Of a stretch of DNA of 64,000 bases, positions 41,304 to 49,155 are shown piece by piece. Position 1 is the stretch's first letter. Every line of letters begins with the position of its first letter. The stretch lies in contig VEMX01000028.1 in NCBI GenBank assembly GCA_009711805.1, positions 59,307 to 123,306 of the forward strand, given 5' to 3'. A model generated the notes under the pieces. It did not search any database, had not been told where the DNA came from, and saw nothing but the letters and a program-made list of their open reading frames with translations. The position numbers and the translations under genes were made by a program. The DNA is from Balneolaceae bacterium. GTDB taxonomy: Bacteria; Bacteroidota; Rhodothermia; Balneolales; Balneolaceae.

Positions 41304-42029
41304 ATGGATAATGGAGCAGTAATACAGATAACGGATCTTACTAAAGTATATCAAATGGGCCAAACAGAGGTTCATGCGCTTGCCGGGGTAAGCTTTGATG
41401 TAGAGGAAAATGAGTATATCGCCATCATGGGGCCATCCGGTTCAGGAAAATCTACCTTGATGAATATGATTGGATGCCTGGATACTCCAACAAGTGGGGA
41501 ATATATATTAAATAACAACCGGGTAAGCGAGATGGATGATGCAGAACTCGCTGAAATTCGAAATCGTGAAATTGGCTTTGTATTCCAGACGTTTAATCTT
41601 TTGCCAAGAACCACCTGTATCTCAAATGTAGAACTCCCGCTTATTTATTCCGGAATGAGGTCTTCGGAACGAAAGGAGAAAGCTATACAGGTACTTGGAA
41701 AAGTAGGCTTGGGAGACAGGGTAGATCATAAACCTAACGAGCTCTCCGGTGGTCAGCGTCAGCGTGTGGCTATTGCTCGTGCGTTGGTTAACAGCCCCTC
41801 TATATTATTAGCCGATGAGCCGACCGGTAACCTGGATACCAAAACAGGAGAAGAGATTATGCATCTTTTTGAAGAATTATACCGGCAGGGAAATACCATT
41901 ATTGTAGTAACCCACGAAAATGAGATTGCTGAACATGCACGACGAATTATTCGCCTGCGAGATGGTCTTATTGAATCGGATACAAACGTTGAAAACCCAA
42001 CCCTGGCAAATCTGGAAATTGCCGTCTAA
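41304..42029 (+). CDS. ABC transporter ATP-binding protein (MacB/LolD-type)
   Basis: Walker [11 protein letters not shown]-loop, signature [15 protein letters not shown], Walker [13 protein letters not shown]. Confidence 0.93.
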   Translation: MDNGAVIQITDLTKVYQMGQTEVHALAGVSFDVEENEYIAIMGPSGSGKSTLMNMIGCLDTPTSGEYILNNNRVSEMDDAELAEIRNREIGFVFQTFNLLPRTTCISNVELPLIYSGMRSSERKEKAIQVLGKVGLGDRVDHKPNELSGGQRQRVAIARALVNSPSILLADEPTGNLDTKTGEEIMHLFEELYRQGNTIIVVTHENEIAEHARRIIRLRDGLIESDTNVENPTLANLEIAV

Positions 42030-42057
42030 CTACCGGTTACAAAAACATTTTCACTTT

Positions 42058-42090
42058 AAAGGCGCCTGATTATTCAGAGCGCCTTTTTTT
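42058..42090 (+). terminator. Rho-independent terminator of the efflux operon
   Basis: aaaggcgc...gcgccttttttt. The ggcgc/gcgcc stem (42061-42065 with 42079-42083) is followed by a T7 run. Confidence 0.8.
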
Positions 42091-42134
42091 GTACTTACAT
42101 TCAAGGATTTAAACTAATCGGAGACTGGTGTAAG

Positions 42135-42621
42135 CCGGAACGAGGGTACTTCCCAGAAAAGTGTGTCTTCCGGTAGCATAAAAAAGTCTTCTTGTGTAGG
42201 TTTGGCGGCGCTGGCAGGAGTCTGTGAGAAATGGCGAGGAAAATACCAGCGATTTGCCTCCTTAAACAATGAACCAAGATATCGGGCGGGGTTCACCTCT
42301 CTAAACTACGGGGGTATTAAAGAAGGTGCAACCCATGTGGCGGGAGATCCCGGATCGGCGACTTCACTTCGTTACGCCTTGTCCGGGATGACGGGGTTTT
42401 CCCGCACGCATCCCGATTTGATCGGGAGAAGATGCGGAGTCACCTTGTTAGGGCATGTAGCCATGGACAAGCGGTGCTACCGAAGAAAAGTACCCAATTA
42501 AATACGATACGAATCTTTTTCCACCTGAGCCAGCTACCAACTAACTCAAAAAATAAGTGCGTTGTTAACCTACACAAGCATGACCTCCGGACACACTAAT
42601 TGGGTAAGTACCGGAACGAGG
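42135..42621. mobile_element. GC-rich noncoding structured element with imperfect inverted ends and 11-bp flanking direct repeats (MITE-like, or a large structured RNA)
   Basis: - Direct repeat ccggaacgagg at 42135-42145 and 42611-42621.
- Left end ggtacttccc..gtgtgtc..cttgtgtaggtt (42145-42202) is complementary to the right end aacctacacaag..gacacac..gggtaagtacc (42567-42612).
- No credible ORF.
- It lies between convergent genes. Confidence 0.55.
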
Positions 42622-42643
42622 TTAAACCACTTTTGATTAAATA

Positions 42644-43765
42644 TTATCTGATACTAATACCAATTCCGGCATTAGCCGTGAAATATTCGGCAAGGGTAGC
42701 TTCACCATAGATAGCTAAAAATCCAAGTTTGAGTCGAAATCCACCCAAAAGATGAGCATTTGATTCACTGTCAATTTCAAATGAGATGGGATCTTGCAAT
42801 ACAATATAATCCTGGGTAACAGTAGTGGGATTAAACGATGGTACCGGGTAGTCGCCCTCAATATCGAGCTCAAATGTAGCTTTTTGAAAACCAATACCGC
42901 CATACACAGATATCAGTGGCAGGGACTTGCCCACCAAGGCATTAAAGACAAACGTATTAGTGGTTGCGGTAACAAGCTGAGAACTAAAATCAGGGTTGGG
43001 ATTAGAGACTAATGAGGGATCATTTGGATCTCTTGTAGCCGACGGTGAAGGGGGTAAACTGAGGTCTCCATCCATATTCATTTGAGTAAAGCCCACCATT
43101 AGCGAAATATCAACCGGAAGAAGTTTATCACCAGGCAGCCACTGGGTAATATCATGTTTGATGGCTCCCCCCAACAGTCCAATACTTCCATAATTTCCAA
43201 TATCTGTTTCAGGCACAAATCGTGCTGTTATATCAGTTCCCTTCATGAGGCCTAGTCCAGCTTGTACAATAGGGGCAGGAACAACAGGCAAACCTGTACC
43301 TCCCGGCATATTAAACTGACCAAGTTCATTGCGGTTTGGATCATCAGGATCATCATAGATTTTTAAGAGAGGGCCGTCATCATTACTTCCCGCTATGGTC
43401 TGGGTAACGGGATTCCCTCCCTGGGCAACATTAATTTTTTGAAGGGTCAGGGCAGAAATATCAAATTCCCGGGCCGAGGAGGGGACAAAAGCAAGAGAAG
43501 AGCGTATCTGAAGACTCAATCCCAACGTCTTCTTGGGTGCTGCTGTCTCGGTCCAACCAGCGTTTAAACCTGTACCAAAGCCTGTTGGAAAAGGCTTTAA
43601 GTATTCTTTTGTCAATAAGGTAGCATCTTCTTTTCCTGCCCTTAAAAAAGCACCAACACTGGTAAACTGTGCTGCAACAGGGGCAATACTTAACAGAGTA
43701 ATAAGAACTGTTAACGCAAAACTCTTGGCAGTGGGGGAGTAATTCTCTTTCATGACGATCCTCAA
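42644..43765 (-). CDS. Predicted outer-membrane beta-barrel protein of unknown function
   Basis: Signal peptide (MKENYSPTAKSFALTVLITLLSIAPVAAQ if the start is 43753). Alternating amphipathic beta-strand pattern rich in G/T/N. No recognisable family motif. Confidence 0.55.
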   Translation of the reverse strand: MRIVMKENYSPTAKSFALTVLITLLSIAPVAAQFTSVGAFLRAGKEDATLLTKEYLKPFPTGFGTGLNAGWTETAAPKKTLGLSLQIRSSLAFVPSSAREFDISALTLQKINVAQGGNPVTQTIAGSNDDGPLLKIYDDPDDPNRNELGQFNMPGGTGLPVVPAPIVQAGLGLMKGTDITARFVPETDIGNYGSIGLLGGAIKHDITQWLPGDKLLPVDISLMVGFTQMNMDGDLSLPPSPSATRDPNDPSLVSNPNPDFSSQLVTATTNTFVFNALVGKSLPLISVYGGIGFQKATFELDIEGDYPVPSFNPTTVTQDYIVLQDPISFEIDSESNAHLLGGFRLKLGFLAIYGEATLAEYFTANAGIGISIR

Positions 43766-43840
43766 CTATTTGGGTTTAGGCTCAATATCGAGATAAAATA
43801 TCAATTGTTAAAAATGAAACGCCGTCGGGAGCTTACAACA

Positions 43841-44749
43841 TCACTTCAGGGAATCGAGCATACCCAGGTAAGACTTATACCTGCTTAAGGCTATCTCTCC
43901 ATTCTCAAAAGCTTCAATCACACCACAACCTGGCTCGTGATCGTGTGTACAGTTACTGAACTTGCAATGTTCCCTTGGTTCACTCATTTCAGGAAAAAAA
44001 AGCGATAATTCCCAGGGTTCAATATTCACCAAGCCAAATTCCCGGATACCGGGAGTGTCAACCAGGTAACCTCCAAACGAAAGAGGTACCAGGCGGGCAA
44101 AGGTAGTGGTGTGTTTTCCTTTATTTGAAGAAGTGGATACATCTGCAACTCTAAAATTATACTCGGGGTCAATGGTGTTAATGAGGCTGGTTTTGCCAAC
44201 ACCTGATGGCCCTATAAAGGCTGAAGTCCGGGTTTTGAGAAGCTCTTTAAGTTCTTCTAACGATTGTTGGTTATGAATGCTGGTAGTGATAATGGAATAT
44301 CCCAAATCTTCATACAAAGCAACGAGATCTTCAACTACAGCTGTATCTTGTTTTTTGGCTAAATCTGTTTTGTTGATAATGATACAAGCCCGAACTTCAT
44401 AAGCCTCGCATGTTACCAGGAAACGATCGATAAATCCCTCTTTGAATTGTGGTTTTCTAACCGATTGTACCACACACGCCTGATCTAAATTGGAAACCAG
44501 AATGTGTCGTCCACGTTTGCCATGTGTGGCCTTCCGCGGAATATAATTCTCCCGCTCATGGATCTTTTGAATATTTCCAGAACCATCATCGTTTACGGTG
44601 AAATCTACAAAATCACCTACGGCTATAGGATTTGTTTCCTTTTTCCCGGATAAACGAAACTTTCCCGGCAGTCGTGATTCTATAATTTCATCCCCGGTGT
44701 CTACATGATACCAGCTTCCGGTTGATTGTATAATTCTTCCTTTTTGCAT
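43841..44749 (-). CDS. rsgA: Ribosome small-subunit-dependent GTPase A
   Basis: Circularly permuted GTPase motifs NKTDL, then GPSGVGKTSL, then DTPG. C-terminal zinc finger CKFSNCTHDHEPGC. The likely start is MQKGRIIQSTGSWY; the tracked ORF extends to 44782. Confidence 0.92.
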   Translation of the reverse strand: MQKGRIIQSTGSWYHVDTGDEIIESRLPGKFRLSGKKETNPIAVGDFVDFTVNDDGSGNIQKIHERENYIPRKATHGKRGRHILVSNLDQACVVQSVRKPQFKEGFIDRFLVTCEAYEVRACIIINKTDLAKKQDTAVVEDLVALYEDLGYSIITTSIHNQQSLEELKELLKTRTSAFIGPSGVGKTSLINTIDPEYNFRVADVSTSSNKGKHTTTFARLVPLSFGGYLVDTPGIREFGLVNIEPWELSLFFPEMSEPREHCKFSNCTHDHEPGCGVIEAFENGEIALSRYKSYLGMLDSLK

Positions 44750-45270
44750 GGGGGAAAATAAACAAGAAGCGGGATACTGCAATAAAAAAGGCAGTTTTAT
44801 TTTCAGTCAAAGAATTCCCTCAGACCTGGACAGGGATGCTACATAAAGAATCACGAAACAGCTGTGAGATAAAGCAATTGGAATATGTGATAGTATAGTA
44901 AAACCCTCTCCTTGCTGCGATGCAGACATTCAGTAAAAGTTCCACTCGCGAGGAGTCCAAATCTTAAATAAGGTCCGGTACCGCACCGACGCAGCGATCT
45001 CCATAAATATGGTTGGGATATACATCAACGCTGACCACAGTCGTTGCCATAAGCAAGTAGACTGCCACGGGCTGGTTCGCCAAGCTCACACATCCCTCGC
45101 AGATGGGGCTTTATTTTTTTTTCTTTCTCGCCCCAAAAAAGAGTCAGAGATATATTGATAACCAAGGGAGCAATAGCACATATATTAACCTGGATAAGAT
45201 CCCGATAGCCAAACAATTAGATTCATTCCACTAAAATCGGTATTGTTCGCAAAACCTAAATTAATCTAAT

Positions 45271-45747
45271 ATGATGCTTCAATTAATTCTTTGGCCGTTA
45301 ATGGCGTTTATACTTCCATTTAATTTTACGAACTACAATCCCGAAATAGATGCTGTTTGGGATGAAGTTTCGCGAGTGGTAGCAAAAGGAGATTACGAAG
45401 GTTATGCAACATTATTCCATGAAGATGCAGTGTTGGTGGTTGGAATGTCGGACTCATCAATGCCCATTTCCAAAGCTCTGGAAGGTTGGAAAGCCGGATT
45501 TGAAAATACCAAGTCTGGAAAAATGGAAGCGTCTGTAGAGTTTAGATTCAGCAAAAGAATGCACAGTAATACTACCGCACACGACACAGGAATTTTTAAA
45601 TATACATCGGCAAAATCAGGAGAAGAAGCTCAATCTATATACATTCATTTTGAGGCACTTATGGTAAAAGTTGAAGGGGAATGGAAAATGACCATGGAAT
45701 ATCAAAAGGCTATGGCCACAGCAAAAGAATATGAGGCTTTACAATAG
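45271..45747 (+). CDS. SnoaL/NTF2-like (DUF4440-type) protein
   Basis: 158 aa with a hydrophobic N-terminus. The pattern ..VAKGDYEGYATLFHEDAVLV.. and a C-terminal beta-sheet are typical of the NTF2-like fold. Confidence 0.5.
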   Translation: MMLQLILWPLMAFILPFNFTNYNPEIDAVWDEVSRVVAKGDYEGYATLFHEDAVLVVGMSDSSMPISKALEGWKAGFENTKSGKMEASVEFRFSKRMHSNTTAHDTGIFKYTSAKSGEEAQSIYIHFEALMVKVEGEWKMTMEYQKAMATAKEYEALQ

Positions 45748-45751
45748 GCAT

Positions 45752-46114
45752 ATGAATAGGATTAATTATCACGGGCGAAGCTTTCGGTCATCATCAAATT
45801 CGGATACAGGAGAAGTTTCTGATGAGACTATTTTTCATTACCACCAAGATGGTAAGGTTATTTGGGCAGAGTATTCGGGAGGAGCTATTGTAAGGGGAAG
45901 TATTATCGGCAAGGTGAATGAGGACAATAACCTGGATTTTGTCTATCAGCATATCAACAGGAGGGGAGAGCTTAAAACAGGTAAATGCCATTCTACTCCC
46001 AGAATACTGGATGATGGACGAATTGAACTGCAAGAAAAATGGACATGGACATCGGGAGATTGCACCTCCGGAACATCTACTATCGAAGAAATAAAAAATA
46101 GCCGCAAGCTTTAA
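45752..46114 (+). CDS. Conserved hypothetical small beta-barrel protein
   Basis: The ORF reads NSDTGEVSDETIFHYHQDGKVIWAEYSGGAIVRGSIIG.... Start chosen at ATG 45752 to avoid overlap with the previous gene. No functional motif recognised. Confidence 0.5.
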   Translation: MNRINYHGRSFRSSSNSDTGEVSDETIFHYHQDGKVIWAEYSGGAIVRGSIIGKVNEDNNLDFVYQHINRRGELKTGKCHSTPRILDDGRIELQEKWTWTSGDCTSGTSTIEEIKNSRKL

Positions 46115-46199
46115 GCAGGACGCTTAATAAGGTGGGTATATTAATATATAACTGCGTTTCCCATTTTGAACAATCTTCAGCTATTCGTAGTATTCAAAC

Positions 46200-47030
46200 A
46201 TGAAATATCCTATCCAAAAAAGGTATCAGTCTTTTAAAGAAAGGCGGAAGAAAAGAAAACAGATAAAACCGCCTACAAACAAACGAATAGCAGTCCCCAG
46301 TTTTTTTACGCTGATGAATCTGTTTAGCGGATTCCTGGCCATCATATCTATTTCGGATGGAGACTTGATACGCGGAGCCTGGCTTATTGCTTTAGCAGGC
46401 CTTTTCGATGTGTTTGATGGCCTGATGGCTCGCTTGGCCAATGCCACCAGCGACTTTGGTGTTGAACTGGATTCTATCTGTGATATGGTTTCCTTTGGTG
46501 TGGCTCCCGGTTTCCTGATATATTCATTTGGCTTGGAGAAACTGGGCTTTTTTGGAGTTATTGTGAGCGCCCTGCCGCCTTTATGCGGAGCTGTACGCCT
46601 GGCTCGTTTTAATGTAAATGCTCGTATTCTACCCCCGAAGGATCAATTTATTGGGCTGCCAATTCCAGCACAGGCCATTATGTTGTGTGCATTTGTACTT
46701 ACATTTAAAGATCAACTTGAATTGTTTTCCGTTTTTGAAAATGGAGTGACTACGGTGGTTATTCCAGTCGTTGTTGTTGTGTCATTCCTGATGGTAAGTA
46801 CCATTCCGTTTGATAAAATACCCCGTTTTGATCGCAAGACTATTCGGGAAAAAAAGGGACGTATTGTCCTGTTCATATGTTATTTATTGTTGATTCTGCT
46901 ACTGCAGGAATATGGACTGATAGCAGTTTTTTCCATATTTATCTTCAAAGGTATCGTAGCCGGGGCCATTCGCTTTTTCAAAGGTGACTATGACATGTAT
47001 GGAGCCGAAGAGTTCCAGGATTATAGCTGA
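46200..47030 (+). CDS. pssA: CDP-diacylglycerol--serine O-phosphatidyltransferase
   Basis: CDP-alcohol phosphatidyltransferase motif DVFDGLMARLANATSDFGVELDSICD, plus multiple TM segments. Confidence 0.85.
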   Translation: MKYPIQKRYQSFKERRKKRKQIKPPTNKRIAVPSFFTLMNLFSGFLAIISISDGDLIRGAWLIALAGLFDVFDGLMARLANATSDFGVELDSICDMVSFGVAPGFLIYSFGLEKLGFFGVIVSALPPLCGAVRLARFNVNARILPPKDQFIGLPIPAQAIMLCAFVLTFKDQLELFSVFENGVTTVVIPVVVVVSFLMVSTIPFDKIPRFDRKTIREKKGRIVLFICYLLLILLLQEYGLIAVFSIFIFKGIVAGAIRFFKGDYDMYGAEEFQDYS

Positions 47031-48133
47031 TTCTCAATAATATCCCGAATCTTACGAGCAGCGTTGCCCTCTCCAAATACCGAAGAGGGAGGGGGTTGAT
47101 CAGCTGATCCTTTCAAAATGGTATTTGCTTCAGCAATAATTTTTTGGGTATCCGTGCCTGTTAAAATGCCCAGACCAGAATCAATAAGCTCTTGCCGTTC
47201 GGTTTCATTGCGGAGCACTAATACGGGCTTTCCAAGAGCAGAAGCTTCTTCTTGTATTCCACCCGAGTCTGTAAGAATAATGTCGGCTCGTTCAATGAGC
47301 TTAAGAAATGGCAGGTATCCGAGAGGGGATAACAGGTGGAAACGGGAATGATCTATTTTAACCTTACTTAGTGCCTGTTCTATTTTGGGATTTGGGTGCA
47401 TGGGAAAAATAACCTCAAGATGATCATGTTGGGTTAACAATTCCCGGATGGATTCAAAAATACGCTCCATTGGAGCGCCATGGTTTTCCCTGCGATGAGT
47501 CGTTAATAAAAGCAGATCCTGTTCCTCTGAAATATGGGATAGAATAGAAAGGGGTGAATCGTTAAAAGCATCCGAAGAACGAATTAAATTCAAGGCATCA
47601 ATAACGGTGTTACCAGTTACATAAATGGAATGGCTATTGATACCTTCATTCAAGAGGTTGTCTCTGTTTAAGGGGGTAGGGGCAAAGTGAGCAGTTGCAA
47701 TTTGAGAAATGAGCTTACGGTTCATTTCTTCCGGAAAGGGATCATACGGTTGATGGCTGCGAAGTCCCGCTTCAACATGCAAAACCGGAATTTGTAAGTA
47801 GTAAGCAGATATGGCAGTCAGGTAGCTGGAGGTGGTATCTCCCTGTACAATTATATAATCGGGGTTTTCGGCCTTAAGGTACTTTTTAAGTTTTGGAGTA
47901 AGGGCCTCGGTTAAATCAAACAGATCCTGTCCCTCCTTCATAACACGCATATCCAGGTCGGGGCTAAGTTCAAAGATATCCAGCATAGGCTTAACCAGCT
48001 CGCTATGCTGGCCGGTATGCAGAATGCGAATTTCATGGCTGCTTTGCTTCAGTTCTTTGATTACGGGGGCAAGCTTAATCACTTCAGGCCGGGTACCAAA
48101 AGAGATCAGTATTTTTTTTCTACTCATGGGCAA
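47021..48133 (-). CDS. wecB: UDP-N-acetylglucosamine 2-epimerase (non-hydrolysing)
   Basis: KILISFGTRPEVIKLAP, HVEAGLRS and LTDSGGIQEEA motifs. Confidence 0.92.
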   Translation of the reverse strand: MPMSRKKILISFGTRPEVIKLAPVIKELKQSSHEIRILHTGQHSELVKPMLDIFELSPDLDMRVMKEGQDLFDLTEALTPKLKKYLKAENPDYIIVQGDTTSSYLTAISAYYLQIPVLHVEAGLRSHQPYDPFPEEMNRKLISQIATAHFAPTPLNRDNLLNEGINSHSIYVTGNTVIDALNLIRSSDAFNDSPLSILSHISEEQDLLLLTTHRRENHGAPMERIFESIRELLTQHDHLEVIFPMHPNPKIEQALSKVKIDHSRFHLLSPLGYLPFLKLIERADIILTDSGGIQEEASALGKPVLVLRNETERQELIDSGLGILTGTDTQKIIAEANTILKGSADQPPPSSVFGEGNAARKIRDIIENQL

Positions 48134-49155
48134 AGCTGTTTATAAACATCTACAGTTTGTTTGGCTACCTGATTCCACCCAAAATGTTGAAGCAAGTGAT
48201 TCTTGAGGGTATGATCTGTGGGCTTGGCAAGGGCTTTTTGAATAGCCTCTGCCAATGATGCTTTTGAATTGGGGTTGATATACTCTGCAAAGTCGCGGAA
48301 ATACTCTTTGGTTCCTCCTTTTTCCGTGATAACAATACGCGCCCCCGCAAGAGCTGCTTCCATAGCTGCAATTCCAGGGGTTTCGAAGTAGGAAGGGAGT
48401 ACAAAAACGCGGGCTGCAGCATAGGCCGAAGCAAGCATATCAGAAGAATGATCCAATGTTTTAATAAGTTGTACATGATCTGCTTTGTCAGCCAGTTTTC
48501 TACACTTTTGGCCGTATTCATTATCAGCAAAAGAGCCAATAATAACGATAGGGGTTTGAAATGTGTTTGCTGTTTCAAGCAGCATGTGCACGTTTTTGCG
48601 TGGTGCACCTGCATCACCTGCAAAAAGAATAAAATCATTCACACCATATGTTTTTGAAAATAAATCATCACTGGCTTCCGCAAACCGTTTTTCTACTCCA
48701 TTGGGAACGACCGTTATTGCAGAAGAATGAACTGAGAACCCTTTTTCCACCATTGAGGCCTCTTCAAGTGTATTAGGTACAACATGGTTTGCCATTTGGC
48801 ATATCTGCGCCTTAACGCTAAAATCAGAGCGAATACCGGAGCCCAGAAAGTGGGTTAACAACTCAAGATTTATGGAGAGTTTTATGGTTGAGGCACTACG
48901 GTTCGAAAAAAATACGGGAGAAACAACAAAAGGTATTTCCAGAGCCTGAAGGTTCTTGGCAATGCCTATATTTTCAACGGTAGCACCAAAAATATGGACC
49001 AGGTCCGGCGGTCGGTTTTCAATGGAGGTCCAGGGGGTAATTTCCTGAGTGTTTACACCCAGTTTTTTAACCTCACCTATAGTACACAATGCCTGGTTGC
49101 GTAAGCCTCCATTTACGGCTGCAATACTCATAGGTGCTATATAACCTACCTTCAT
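48124..49155 (-). CDS. GT4-family (GT-B) glycosyltransferase
   Basis: C-terminal EX7E-type region VLPSYFETPGIAAMEAALAGARIVITEKGG. Confidence 0.85.
   Translation of the reverse strand: MKVGYIAPMSIAAVNGGLRNQALCTIGEVKKLGVNTQEITPWTSIENRPPDLVHIFGATVENIGIAKNLQALEIPFVVSPVFFSNRSASTIKLSINLELLTHFLGSGIRSDFSVKAQICQMANHVVPNTLEEASMVEKGFSVHSSAITVVPNGVEKRFAEASDDLFSKTYGVNDFILFAGDAGAPRKNVHMLLETANTFQTPIVIIGSFADNEYGQKCRKLADKADHVQLIKTLDHSSDMLASAYAAARVFVLPSYFETPGIAAMEAALAGARIVITEKGGTKEYFRDFAEYINPNSKASLAEAIQKALAKPTDHTLKNHLLQHFGWNQVAKQTVDVYKQLCP

Noticed and set aside
42163-42501. A 112-aa plus-strand ORF inside the structured element, and the 60-aa minus-strand ORF at 42114-42296.
   Set aside because: The composition (G/R/S/C-rich) looks like a translated GC-rich structured sequence. 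There is no motif. The region lies downstream of a strong terminator and is explained better by the inverted-repeat and hairpin architecture.
42100-42640. Possibility that the structured region is RNase P RNA or tmRNA.
   Set aside because: Neither strand contains the universal RNase P P4 sequences (GAGGAAAGUCCGG / ACAGAA.CCGGCUUA). Neither has a tmRNA acceptor/T-arm (GGUUCGAnUCC...CCACCA) or an ALAA-type tag ORF. Only weak partial resemblances were seen, such as cgttccggcttac on the minus strand.
44960-45000. aggtccgg...gcagcg resembling the SRP (4.5S) RNA helix 8.
   Set aside because: There is no GGAA-type tetraloop or matching symmetric-loop partner, and the surrounding sequence does not form the long SRP hairpin.
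45025-45216. A 63-aa minus-strand ORF in the rsgA upstream intergenic region.
   Set aside because: It has no motif and odd composition, and it overlaps the poly-T/poly-A tract. It is likely noncoding promoter-region sequence.
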